This document shows positions 1-12,775 of a DNA stretch of 64,000 nucleotides, piece after piece. The first letter of the stretch is position 1, and each line of letters opens with the position of its first letter. The position numbers and the translations under genes were made by a program. Source of the stretch: Eledone cirrhosa (Eukaryota); the NCBI GenBank assembly GCA_964016885.1, contig OZ024746.1, forward strand, positions 81,840,001-81,904,000, read 5' to 3'. The notes beneath the pieces were generated by a model that saw only the letters and a list, made by a program, of their open reading frames with translations, was not told the origin of the DNA and did not search any database.

Positions 1-157
1 TGGAGGTGCCACAGCAAAAAAGCACCCAGCACTCACTGTAAAATGAGGTTAGTGTTAGGAAGGGCATCCAGCTGTAGAAATCAAGCCAGAATCAGTTCCC
101 GTCCCACCCTTGCAAGCAGGGAAAAAGCGGACGTAAAATGAAATGATGATGATGATG
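1..157 (+). mobile_element. 3' part of tRNA-headed SINE family B, ending in an (ATG)n tail
   Basis: Near-identical to 17670-17828 and to the reverse complement of 20869-21015; ends ggacgtaaaatgaaatgatgatgatg. Confidence 0.8.
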
Positions 158-363
158 ACACATACTTTCAAAGTTGGGTAAGCATCTTCTCAAGTTTAAT
201 CTGCTGGGTCTGGGGTTTATGTTTCTGCAGGTCCAGCCCATGCCAGCATGAATAGTAGACATTGTACGATGATGATAAACAAATGTCACTGTCCATATGA
301 GTATTAAATGTGAAGAGAGACAAACACATACATACAAACATACACACACAAGCACGCAAACAC

Positions 364-398
<35 letters not shown>

Positions 399-399
399 A

Positions 400-431
<32 letters not shown>

Positions 432-432
<1 letters not shown>

Positions 433-782
433 GGTACGTTATTCCGGGTTGAATCGGAGGTAACCACAGTAAGTAAGGTACTCAATACATAGCAGAGTAT
501 AAAGATGGCGTAAGCATACAATGCAACAAGAGGAAACATAATCGCAACACTGACGATGTTGCAGATGTGCAACAAAAGAACTTTGATAGACTATATATAT
601 GTGTTTGTGTCTATATTGTATCTGTATTTTTGACCGTTGGTCAGTCAATGGCAACATTGAGGACCGAATAAATTAAATTAACCGATATAAAAGACACAGA
701 AGCGAAAACCAACCAAACAGTGAGTGTGTTCTGTTATTAATTCTGGCAATACTATTACACAAATATGATCCTCCCCAAGTAT

Positions 783-790
<8 letters not shown>
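432..790 (+). mobile_element. Short non-coding element related to the 3' end of the Penelope-like element, between (AT)n tracts
   Basis: Shares aa(g/a)atggcgta, a hammerhead-like core followed by GAAC, aaccaaccaa and the terminus atga(t/c)cctccc(c/a)aagtataacaatat with 38750-39007. Confidence 0.7.
546..586 (+). ncRNA. Degenerate minimal hammerhead ribozyme (G12A)
   Basis: CTGACGA-T-GTTGCA(GATG)TGCAAC-AAAA-GAAC-TT; same layout as the hammerhead at 38804 but GAAA is AAAA and stem I is weak. Confidence 0.45.
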
Positions 791-829
<39 letters not shown>

Positions 830-939
830 TACACACATACACGAGTGAATTACCTCCAATAATGTGAATAACCTATTGATGGACTAGCATCATGAAACTT
901 AAATATTTTATGAAAATGTATGCCAAATTTATTAAGTAT

Positions 940-1010
<71 letters not shown>

Positions 1011-2249
1011 TAAACCTTGATGACTCTCCTTGAGACGTAGGAAGAGTATATTAGAATTAAAAGAAAAATGACAAAACTCAATGCTAGAACAGCCAAATAC
1101 TGTCAAAAACAGCAATGGGCAAAAATGCCTCAGAGGACAGGGACCAGCGCCCAGTGATCGGCAGATGAAATATAGAAAAGATAAGTTCACACACACATCT
1201 TCACCTAAATACTGTCTTTGACAGTATTTGGCTGTTTTAACGGGTGTTCTAGCATTGAGTTTTCTCATTTTTCTTTGAATCATCATCATCATCACCGTTT
1301 TATGTCCGTTCTTCCATGCTAGCATGGGTTAGACGGGTTGTCCTGTTGTGGGTAGTGTCTGGTCGGCTGACCATGCCTTGCTCATACAGGAACTGATTTT
1401 GGCTTGATTTCTACAGCTGGATGCCCTTCCTAACACCAACCTATTTTACAGTGAGTGCTGGGTGCTTTTTTCCGTGGCAAAATAAACTCTACTCTATTAT
1501 CAATACTGGATCCTACCTCCCTTTTAAGACCACTATGACTACTAGATCTGAACATTATCTATTTATATATATATAGTAATATTAAATACAAAGACTAAAA
1601 TTTGAAGAGGACTCGATAAGGATTATATATATATAACTATAGTAGAAAACTAATGGTTAAGGTGTCACGCAGAATAATGGAAACAGAAACCATATGATCA
1701 CTTCACAACCACATAGTTTTCGGTTCCCTCCCTCTGTGTCACACTTTCAGCAAGGATCTTCTACATAGCACCCTCCAGAAGCTTGTTCCATAAGCCAATG
1801 ACCAAACATAGAAAATTACAGTCCCAATTTGTGGGTTTCATAATCAGTTAGTAGAGAGTGTGTTATATGTGTGTTGTAAGTAACAATGTAAGACAATGAC
1901 AATGATTCTGATTATGATGGTGATAGTAGTAGTAAATGTAAGAAGATTATCTATTTGTTTATTTTCTATTGTACTTGCTCAACAATAGTATCATTGGTTA
2001 CAGATTTCCAGTGGGTCACGCACTGGTTTGCTATATTTCAATGTAACCTGATGCAAAGGATTTTGTTTAAAGATTTTGTTCATGACCTGACCAATTTCTT
2101 ATGAGTGCATATGGTGCATGGTATCTGTTAAGAGACCTGTTTTATATAAAAAAAGGGGATCAAAACACTTACAGAGTTGCTTCACTGCCTGATGAAATAT
2201 TGATTACAACATTTGGAGATGGAATAGAGCACCATTCTCAGCCCATAAA

Positions 2250-2520
2250 TGTTTACCCCGAGTATTAGATATGAATTGAGCATGCTCCATTGGATGTGTA
2301 ACATCAGTGTGCATGAATAACAAAGATGAGTTGAGAAAAAGAAACTGGGTATAAGAAGAACCATATGCAGTAAGCAGGAGAGAAGATTGTATTGGTATGG
2401 ACACATAATATATATATGGATGATGAGTGAAGAAATTCCAAAAGTTCCACATGGAAAGAAACCACAGAAGAGGAAAAGTTGGGCTGATCTGGTGAAAGCT
2501 AATCGAAACCTCTCAAAGAA
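2250..2520 (+). pseudogene. Decayed C-terminal fragment of an RTE-type LINE
   Basis: Frameshifted translation SMLHWMCNISV...KLGIR...RRLYWYGH matches the RTE C-terminal MLRW...RRLxWxGH pattern. Confidence 0.55.
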
Positions 2521-2837
2521 GATGACAAAGAAAGGGAAACTGTCCTAGAGAAGGTTTGTCTGACCCATACCAGCATAGAAAACAGACAGACATCATAATG
2601 GTTTTTGATTTAGGCACAATGCCAACAGTTTTGGAGAAGGGAAAATCGATTAAATTGACCCCAGTGCATTACTGGTACTTTATTTTATTGACTCCATAAG
2701 GATGAAAGGCAAAGCTAACCTCAGCAGGATTTGAACCCAGAATGTAAAGGGCCGTAACTCTATGTCGCTATGTATGTTGTCCGATGCTCCACTAGTTCTG
2801 CTAGTCCACTGCCTTCATAATAATGATAATAATAATA

Positions 2838-3030
2838 ATTGTTTCTACTTTTGGCACAAGGCCAGCAATTATCCCAGTGTATTACTGGTACTTTATTTTA
2901 TCGACCCTGTAAGGATGAAAGGCAAAGTTAACCTCGGCGGGATTTGAACTCAGACCACAAAGGGCCATAACTCTATGCAGCAAAGCATGGTGTCTGACAC
3001 TGCCAAACCACTGCCCTTTCTGCCAAACCA
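2838..3030 (-). mobile_element. SINE family A (tRNA head + Nin/Deu-like core); a second copy lies adjacent at ~2598-2817
   Basis: Reverse complement contains the B-box gagttcaaatcc and the core gcctttcatcctta..gggtcgataaaataaagtaccag. Confidence 0.85.
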
Positions 3031-3055
3031 CAGATGATAATAATAATGATGATAT

Positions 3056-3132
<77 letters not shown>

Positions 3133-4926
3133 ATTTGTTTATGTATATATGCAAAGAATGCAAACATCAGTGAAAAACCAGTGCTCTGAACAAAATCCTT
3201 CACATCAAGTTACATTGAAATACAGCAAACCATTGTGTGACCCACTGGAAATCTGTAACCAACGATGCTATTGTTGAGCAAGTACAATAGAAAATAAACA
3301 AATAGATAATCCTCTTACATTTACTACTACTATGACTATTACTTCATCATCATCATAATCAGCATCATTGTCATTGTCTTACATTGTTACTTACAACACA
3401 CATATAACACACTCTCTACTAACTGATAATGACCCCCACAAATAGGGATTGTAATTTACTATGTTTGGTCATTGGCTTATGGAACAAGCTTCTGGAGGAT
3501 GCAATCAAGATCATCACAAAGAATAGAATACAAATGTTCAGTAGTGAAGTGCAGAAATTCCTATCACTTTTCCTCTTCAAACAAATGTAGTAAATCACTG
3601 ATTGATACTCTTTGAGATTTAATGTCTCATGTCTCATCATCATCATCATCATCATTATCATCACAGTTTAACATCTATTTTCCATGCTGGCATGCCTTAG
3701 ATAAGCTGTTACATTATGAAACCAAACATATCAGATGACCATGTCTTGTCCATACACTCTGTTTTCAGCTTGGTTTTCTATGACTGGATGCCCTTCCTAA
3801 TGCCAACCACCATAGTGTGTATTGAGAGGGTTTTTCATGGCACCAGCACTATCACATTACAAGGTGGAGTGGGTGGTTTTTGCTGTAGTACCAGTACGAT
3901 CCCCCCCCCCCCCCCCCCTCCCCCCTTACAGGGTGGAATGGGTGCTTTTTTGTTTTTCATCACCTGAATGAATATTTATAAATAGGAAAATATTTGGTGA
4001 ATGACCTTCACATCATCATCATCGTTTAACGTCCATCTTCCACGCTAGCATGGGTTTGGACGGATCTTCACAGTTTCTAATAATTGAGCTTAAACAACCA
4101 AGAAACCAAGATAGGAAAGCCTAATGAAAGAATTTTTTTTCTTCTAATTGAGGTACAAGGCCAGCAATTTGAAGGGGAAGGGAAAGTTTATTTTACCGAC
4201 CTCGTAAGGATGAAAGACAAAGCTAACCACGGCGGGATTTGAACTCAGAACGTAAAGGGTCGTAACTCTCTGCCGTGAAGCATGGTATCCAGCACTCTAT
4301 CGATACTGTCAATCCATTATAAGCTTGAACTATTCAGCTACTTATTGTCTTTTGAAATCATTTATTAATTTTTATTATTCTTTGTAATCCTATGTTATTG
4401 TTGATTAACCCCTATGTGCAATACACAGATATATTGCTCCTGATATAACATGGCTTGGCTTTGTTGAAAGCCATTGTGTGTCCTCTTATATAGTAGTGGT
4501 TTATTGTTTAGGGTGCAATGTAGTAATTAGAGCATGCTGCTTCTTTTTTCAGTCCTGTCTATTCCTACTTTTGCGAATGTTGTGGTTATGGTTATGGCTG
4601 CAGTTGTGGTTTAGTCTTAGTGCAACCCTGATCAAACTGACTTATAAATTCTAACCACCCCATCTTGTCCTTTTGTGTATTTATGACTACACTATTCAAT
4701 GTGTCCACCCTTTATCAAAATAAGTATGATTTCAGGGAAATTTGACTGCTATTTGTAGCAGGTTGAGCAACTTCATAAATGTTTCTTCACTGGTTCAATT
4801 CTTTTTTTGTAGGTCTGAATTGTGACCAGAGTGTAGTTAAGCAAAGTGAACTAGGTCTGAACATGATAGTTTTTAATCTTCTGTACTTATCCTTATATTA
4901 TTATTTGAGATTATTTGAAGCTGCTG

Positions 4927-5093
4927 AAATCCCGCCGAGGTTAACTTTGCCTTTCATCCTTACGGGGTCGATAAAATAAAGTACCAGTACTGGGTAATTG
5001 CTGGCCTTGTGCCAAAAGTACAGGGTAATTGCTGGCCTTGTGCCAAAAGTAGTGGGTAATTGCTGGCCTTGTGCCAAAAGTAGAAACAATTAT
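4927..5093 (+). mobile_element. SINE family A, 5'-truncated, with a triplicated 31-bp 3' segment
   Basis: gggtaattgctggccttgtgccaaaagta at 4992, 5023 and 5054. Confidence 0.85.
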
Positions 5094-7648
5094 TCGAAGC
5101 TGCTGTAATTTTGGGATGTATCTATTATTTTATGTTTGCCTAGTTTGAGTGGGAAAGAGAGAGAGAGAGTGTGTGTGTGTGTGAGTTTTAAAAATGGACC
5201 TATAGTAGTAATACGTTGTTCATTCTTAACACCAGGTCATCCCCAATCGAGTCAACTTATGATAAAAAAAAGCATTCTAATTGCAACCATCCCATTTTAT
5301 TTGTGAGATCTAAAGTATCTAATGTCCTTCCTTTCTAATTACAATAGTGTGTAATTTGATGGAGATTAGGATACTTTCTCAACCAGGTCAGAACAACAAC
5401 ATAAAGGATCCCTTGTTAGCTCCAAATGATGTGGGGGTGTTTTGAAGATATATAGGGATGATAGTACATATACCCCTATGTTTACTCAGTTGATGGCAGG
5501 TTGAAGAGAGTTTGTTTTCCTACCTCTGCTTCACCCTCATAAGTAAATTACTAACTAGCTATATCCCCACCCCACCTCCACCTTATTTTGATGTAGAATA
5601 CTCATTTCTTCCTAAGTAATAAAAATCTTGACATTTAAGCTACAAAACAAATAAATAAATGCATTGAAATATAGAACAGAACAGTTTAAAGTACTCCCAA
5701 CAGTTAATAAGATCCATAATAAAAAAGAGCATATGAGCGATAGAAGTGAGGGGCGATCTATGAGGGGTCAGAGAAAGGAAAATTTAATAGGACTGAACTT
5801 TCTAAGGGAAATTTAAGATGAACATTGAAACATGTCAAGTTAACCATAATGTTTATTTTAGATAGAACTCTGATTAAGGGAATCTGTACAATTACCTCTA
5901 TTCTACCCACTGCTCCCTCTCTGTTTGTTACTATTATGAAGAAGCCATTTTTCCTGTACTCCTCCATATATTATCATCATCACAACCACCAACTCTTCTC
6001 ACCATTGAAGATGTCTAACTTAGACAGTTTAAATACACATAGCATTGACCCACATCCTTGTAATAACCTACTAGCATAGATTCTGACCTCACTTGGCACC
6101 TTGCTACCTTTACAAAGAGCCACCCTCTAGTCATCCACCCCAAGGTTTACATCTTGCATTACTCCCGCCTCCACTGGTTTTGTAGAAACACACACACACA
6201 CACAGGCACACACATTCAAACAGAATATTAAGTTACAAGAACATCACTACCATATAAGCTGTAAAAGGACTTGATTACCACTAACCTTTATGCCATCTGG
6301 ACAATGAAAAATCTACCAGCACAACAACTACCACCTTCCTATCTCTGATGGACAACATAAACTCTGGGTCAAATTTGTTTTGAAGAAGTTTTTTTTTTTT
6401 TCAAAGATTTTCCCATGCCAATATGTAAAAACAGATGTAAAAATGATAACCATTCATTTGTAAACATTGATGATGATGATGATGACTAAAAAGTTTGAAC
6501 AAAATAAAGGACCATGATGAGAAAAACTAGTGATTTCAATATTGTCTTTTAAACTGTTAAACATCTATTTTATTTTTCAACTAGGAAATGAGGAGGATGA
6601 AATTTTGGAAAATTGCATATTTTTTGGAAGTTATTGCTTTCATTACAGCTAGAAACTACAGCTAACCATTTAACAGTTGTGCTGGTTAGTGATAAGACCT
6701 TTATTTGTTTTCTCTCTCTCTCTCTATTTGCAAAGAACAAACATCTGAAATGTTAGACTTGTTTTCTTCCTCAGAGCATAAAACATATTCCACTGCTTGA
6801 ACTAATAGTAAAGTAACTGAGACAACAAGAGAGACTCTTCATGGTCACATAACCTGCTAGAAATAGCAACCAAATCTATCTCAAAATCACACTCTTAAAA
6901 AAGAAAGGAATGAGGTATTGGATAATGTAGTCCACAATACATTATGCCTAAAAAGTAAAAGATGAGATGATCACAGTTGGAATTGTTTGCTGAACCATAG
7001 CAAACCATGGACTAAACAGCAACCTTGAAATAGGTATGAAACTAATTAGTCAGACAAATAGTGATAGAAAGGTTTGTTGAACATACTGTAATCCTACAGC
7101 AACTTCAAGAAATGTAAAAGTAAGTAAATATTTCCAATACCCAAAACAATACCACCAAATATCTTCAGAAAATTTTACAGCTGTCATACAGTTTTCTACA
7201 TGATTTTTTTAATTTAGATTTTTCATAGAGACAAGATATTTTCAAAATTTAAAAAAATAATCATATATATCATAATTTAAAAAAACCCTTAACAGATTAT
7301 AAACTGCAACATTACAGAACACTGACTCTTTGACTAGACAGCAAATAAAATGTGAATAGCATGAAGACACTCAGTCTAAATGTCATGAAGCTCTATCTAC
7401 CATCCAGGTGGTGCATTGTGTCCTTGAGCAATGCACTTCATTTCATATTGCTCCAGTTGACTCAGTTGCTAAAATGAGTAGTACCAGTGCCAACTTCCTA
7501 TTGTGATGGACTGGCATCCCATCCATGGGAAGACTAGTACTTCCAGCCACTTAATGCCACATGAAATCAGTATAAGCTCCATTCAGCTGAGCCTCTAGGC
7601 TTGAGAAAGATTTCAATAGTCAATTAAACCAAGCTAAGTATATTGTTA

Positions 7649-7836
7649 GGCGGTGGATTGGCATTATCGGTAGAGGGTCGGACGCCATGCTTTGCAGTAC
7701 AGTTACATCCCTTTACGGACTGAGTTCAAACCCCGCCAAGGTTAACTTTGTCTTTCATCCTTACGGGGTCAATAAAATAAAGTACCAGTAATACACTGGA
7801 ATAATTGCTGGCCTTGTGCCAAAAGTAGAAACAATT
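7649..7836 (+). mobile_element. SINE family A, full length. About 20 copies in the window, e.g. ~4145, 8270, 13938, 14350, 14547, 16505, 21887, 26830, 28830, 34910, 35385, 35570, 44953, 54288
   Basis: A-box tggcattatcgg, B-box gagttcaaaccc, conserved ctttcatcc..ggggtc.ataaaataaagtaccag core resembling the Nin-domain SINE core, constant 3' end gtagaaacaatta. Confidence 0.85.
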
Positions 7837-7998
7837 AACTCTAAAGAAATGGAAGGCGAAAACAACATCACTGGAATTTAAATCAAGAAACTGGAGGCAT
7901 AAAACTAAATACTAAATCTATTTATTATGATACACTACCACTTCTGTCAACCCTCCTATTTCCTATCTACACTTATGTAGTATTAAAGTTATCATTAA

Positions 7999-8228
7999 CC
8001 TTTTTGTTACCATTGTTACACATTGCCAATGTGTATCAATAATTTTTGAATAATTTAATGAGGGAACTAATTTTTTTCATTAGTAAGCTGATGTTTGAAC
8101 ATTATTTAACCAAAATTTCTTAAATAAAAATAATCATGTAAGGTTTTAATATTAGTACGAACATTTAAAAATGATCATTTGTGTATCATAAAACTAAGGA
8201 GTTTCCTGGCAGGTTTAAATCAAAAGGG
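7999..8228. mobile_element. Degenerate TTAA-flanked MITE (piggyBac-like)
   Basis: ttaa|cctttttg ... caaaaggg|ttaa; a similar decayed copy near 29940-30170. Confidence 0.45.
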
Positions 8229-9349
8229 TTAATTAGCTTTAAACAATCATAGTAAAGTGACAGAAATAATTGTACTTTAGGCACAAGGCCAACAATTTGA
8301 AAGGGAGAGGAAAGTCAATTAAATCAACCCTGGTGCTTTATTTTATCGACCCCATAAGGATAAAAGGCAAAGCTAACTTTAGCATTTGAACTCAGAACAT
8401 AAAGGGCCATGACTTTCTGCTGCAAAGCATGGTGTCCGAAGCTCTACTGATACTGCCAACTACACACTGAAGTGACAGAAATAATAAAGCATCAAAATAT
8501 ATAACAATATTTAATGTTATCTCTACATTCTGAGTTGAAATCAAAGCCAGAGTTAACCTTGCTTTTTATCTCTTCAGAGTTGCCAAAGTAAAATACTAGC
8601 TATGTGTTTGGATGGGTATGCAGACAGGAAAAGTGGAGCCTACAAGGCTAACCCTTTCTTCAACAGGGAAGATGGCATTAGAATGCTGGTTGTTGTACTG
8701 GTATTTATCTTTTGTGGTAAATTCAGTCAACTGTATCTTTCTTTCCTTTACATCTTTTTGGACTTGTGTGTCAATTTAAGAAATCATTAACAAATGGTTA
8801 AAGTTTGTCTTACTCCTGAATTAGTATGATGATTGTTTTGTTTGTTCTTTAGAGACAAATATATATCCATGTCTCTTCTCTATAAAAACAGGAAAAAAAT
8901 CCACATGATTCCCAATCTTCAAACATGACTACAATAAGTTATCATGAAAGAGCTATCAATAATGGTTTCTTTCTTTCTTTATTTATTTATTTATAAAACC
9001 TAAAATGGTAGAGTCTCACACATATATAACAAAGACTGTTGAAAAACTTTGATCAACTGGGATTATCCTAACAATTAGTAGACAAAAAACCCCTCCAAAT
9101 GTATTTAAAATCTAAAATCAGCAAACAAGTAAGATAACTTTGATAAAATCAGTTGATCAAAATTTTTAGACAATATAGACAATGCAGATGGGTGTGGATC
9201 TGGTTTTTAAAGCCAGCCAGTGAGAGCAACATACCTCTTTTGGTTTTGTCAGATCTCTTAAATAAAGTGTATACTATTTGGTTTGTGTGTAATGAAACTG
9301 ATTAGGAACACACACACACTCCAATAATTTAATACATAAATATAAACAC

Positions 9350-10175
9350 TCTTCTTCATCCACTTATTCCTAAGAGGGTCAAGGGGGCAGAGTCCTCAAA
9401 AACACATTCCAGCGGGTCCTGTCTCCAGCTGATCCGGCCAGATATCCAAGCAAGACCAGCCAAGCTCATGGATGCTATCCAACCCTCTTGCTCGGGGTCT
9501 ACCCCTGGGTCTCCTACCAGTTGGTTTTGCCCATAAAATCTCTCCAGCGATTCTTTCCTGAGACCCTCTAACTACATGCCCCTAGTATTAGAGCTGTAAA
9601 TTTGGAGAAATAGTGGCTCTACCTGGAGTGATTCTCTGATCTCCGAACTATACATTCTATCGAGTAACATTACTCCAAAGACCCCTTTATATCCGCTTGT
9701 TTTCGCGATCATGTACTTTTGGTCATTACCTAAGATTCATGACCATAAGTAAGGGTTAGCATGACTAACGAATTGAAGATAGCGAGTTTGGTTTTTGAAC
9801 CTACCTCCCTTCTGATTACTGAATGCTGAAGCTGGCACATTGCTCCACAAGAACCTGGAATTCTTGCACTTAATTCAGCCTTCTGCCTTGCATCACTTGT
9901 GAACAAGGCCCCGAGATACTTGAACTTCTCCACCTGCCTCAGTAGAACTCCACTCACATGTAGAGTGTACTGCACAGGCTTCTTTGAGAGGATGAGCATC
10001 TCAGTTTTCACAACACTGATTTTCATTCCAGCTATGCAGCACTTGGCATCAAACCTACAAGTGCAAGTTGGATATCACCTTCTGTTGAGTTAAGTAACAC
10101 TATGTCATCTGCAAATTCCAGCTGACTGATTTTACCACTTCCAACTTGGCTGCGCATGTCAATCCTGTTCATGAA
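9350..10175 (-). pseudogene. Decayed RTE-clade LINE, from the reverse transcriptase to the 3' end
   Basis: LEFADDIVLL (RT motif), KISVVKTE..., QVEKFKYLG, LTYGHES; 3' end shared with 33625-33810. Confidence 0.85.
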
Positions 10176-11007
10176 AATAATGAACATATTCAATCTAATA
10201 AATAAAAAAAGGTAGCTAAACGCTATATTCATGTCTGAGAATTGTTCATTGTTTGATGAGATCCCCCCCCCCCCCACAATTCTGCTCATAGAGAACTAAA
10301 AATAAGACTAATAACCACCAACAACAATAACTTAAAACAATAATAAACTCAGCTGTATGATTCTATACGAGGCTGAATTCTGGCATATCCATTGGTGTGA
10401 ATGAAGATTACATCTATGAAAGCAGAATTAACATGAGCTACACAACAAAACAATTTATTATGGAAGTAATAAGAAAATCAAAGATGAACTGTCAGCAGTG
10501 ATGACGAAAAAAAAATTGCTAAATCATATTTTTTTTAGATTTTAACAGTTGTTGACACCTGCCAGAAAACATTGATTCTTTAGGATTTATTCCTTATCTT
10601 ATGTCAGCAAAGATTTATATATTAATTAATATATTTATACTCAAGCTTTTTTAATTGCTGTAATGTAAAAAAAAAATGTTCTTGTTAAGAATGTTGACGT
10701 CAGAAAGAGAAGCCTCTTGATAAGCTAATGCTCTTGATATAACCCAGAAGGATTATGCAAGCCTAAATAAGATTTCGAAAGCTGTAAGGTAATTACAATA
10801 TAAAGGGCAGTAGTATACAGAGCTGAAATGATCACTTCTACCCCCATAACCTATATGTATCTTTCCCAAAGGGATACTCCATTATGAAAATGTCCTTTGG
10901 CAAAATGATAAGCAATTTAAAATAACAACAACAATATGGAAGGGATAAATTCAAAGCATACCATGAGATTAAAACTAAAGTATTATAAATATATACACAC
11001 ACACAAC

Positions 11008-11053
<46 letters not shown>

Positions 11054-11822
11054 GGAACTATGATCTTCAGAATTTGCTTAGGTTTCATAATGCAGATTTT
11101 TCAAAACATACAACTAAACAACAAAACAACAACAATAATTATTAATCATAATTACAATAAACACAAACAAACAAGTGAGAAACATAAAGGAAGAAGTGAA
11201 GGAACCAAATTCGAAAAGTAGGAAAGAAGTAAATTTGTTTTTAAAATTTCAGTGCAAAAATAAAGAGAGCTAAGGGAACTTTTCAATATCTCATTTGTTT
11301 TTACTTTATTTTGTTTTATTTTGTTTTTTGGGGGTATTTTTTGTGGCTTCTTTTTTTTTTTTGTTAGATTTTTATAATAATCAGACATTAATATTGCTGA
11401 GCTATGTATTTAAAAAAAAAAGAGTAAAAAAAAGAGAAACATACTAAATACCTTGTAGTATTTATCTTTTCTTTCCTACATTCTTAGTTCAAATCACATT
11501 AAGAGTACTTAACTTTTCTCAAGATACAGTAAATATCAACAGTCCATTATAGGTGCAAGTATGGCTTCAGCCTTAACATAATGTACTGATTTAGCAGAAA
11601 ATATCTAAAAATTAGGTTTGTTAATTTAAATGTTCATAGTATCTTTACTGTTGAACACATTGTTGTGAAAATTTGCTGTAAACTAAAGTAGATACTTTAA
11701 TTTTTAATGAAATACACACATAGTACCATTTTGTACTATTCAGGAATGTCTTGCTAACATGGTTTCAAGTGTTTATTGCTACAGAAATAGATATTTACGG
11801 CAAATAAATATATATATATTAT

Positions 11823-12054
11823 CAATATTAATAACTGGAAAATATTTTTATAATAACATATTTATTTTACTATATGTATTTCAAGGACTCAAAATTTTAG
11901 TGCGCTTTCATCAGATAAAATATATTTGGTGTTAAGATATTGACATACCTTAGCATAGACTTAATAGTATAAGCTTGTAAAATTTTGTGTCCTTGAAATA
12001 CGTATAATAAAATAAATATGGTATTATAAAGATATTTTCCATTTATTAATATTG
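11823..12054. mobile_element. Palindromic element with ~75-bp inverted arms; same family as 49692-49991
   Basis: aatattaataactggaaaatat...ttcaaggactcaaaatttt is inverted against aaaattttgtgtccttgaaatacg...atattttccatttattaatatt; shares tcatcag-a.aaaatata-...tgacatacc with the 49.8 kb element. Confidence 0.7.
11863..11922 (-). ncRNA. Minimal type-I hammerhead ribozyme
   Basis: TATTTTAT-CTGATGA-AAG...CTT-GAAA-TACATA-TA-GTAAAATA; the opposite arm keeps the 3' half with perfect palindrome TACGTA and ATAAAATA. Confidence 0.6.
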
Positions 12055-12245
12055 TTAATATTAATAATTGTTTCTACTTTAGGCACAAGGCCAGCAATTA
12101 CCCAGTTCATTACTGGTACTTTATTGTTAATATTAATAATACTCCAGATAAAACTGTAGAATGCTTCAAATCTGTTATAATATTAACTTTGTTGAATGAT
12201 AATCAACAAACCATATAACTCATTATATATATATACACACACAAT

Positions 12246-12490
12246 GGAGGCATATGGCTTAGTGGTTAGAGCATTGGCCTTGCAATCGAAAGGTTGTGAG
12301 TTCAATTCTCAGACCGGGTGATGTGTTGTTTCCTTGAGCAAGACACTTTATTTCACATTGCTCCAGTTTACTCAGCTGTAGAAATGAGATGATAGGGACT
12401 GGGGTCCCTATCATTCCACTGCCAGAATCAGTTCCCGTCCCACCCTTGCAAGCAGGGAAAAGCGGACGTAAAATGATGATGATGATGATG
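12246..12490 (+). mobile_element. SINE family B with an internal deletion
   Basis: tRNA-like head tggcttagtggttagagc...gagttcaattc, tccttgagcaagacact core, (ATG)n tail. Confidence 0.85.
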
Positions 12491-12614
12491 ACACACTAGG
12501 TCCAAACTCAAAGGAACTAAACTCCCCCTATCACTGCCTCCGTCTCTCCCGCTCTCCCCTTCTCTCACTATTATGAGCAAATAGAGGCTCACTCACTGGC
12601 CACCACACAGCCCC

Positions 12615-12775
12615 AGCAGACAGAAAAGAGAAAACGTTTCCCCAGAGGATAGTGAGTGAGATGCGCTGGAAGGGCCATTCCAGGTTGCGAGGGTCACACT
12701 TGCAGGTAGCCAATGCTGTGTTGACGGAAGTGAGCCCTAGGGCCAAGGATATCAGAAGTCTTCACCATTATGGCC
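12615..12775 (-). pseudogene. Short C-terminal relic of a CRE-clade retrotransposon
   Basis: LEWPFQRISLTILWGNVF resembles the L.QRxSxAxxRGN terminus also seen at ~16970-17030. Confidence 0.5.

Larger units (their letters stand above)
1772..3499. repeat. Long inverted repeat: arms ~1772-2073 and ~3185-3499, spacer ~1.1 kb
   Basis: cctccagaagcttgttccataagccaatgaccaaacatag... is the reverse complement of ...ctatgtttggtcattggcttatggaacaagcttctggagg; similarity continues over ~300 bp. Confidence 0.9.

Noticed and set aside
12246-12320. tRNA-like sequences (also 21130-21203, 48911-48985, 7649-7737)
   Set aside because: They run straight into SINE bodies and lack a clean cloverleaf, so they are SINE heads
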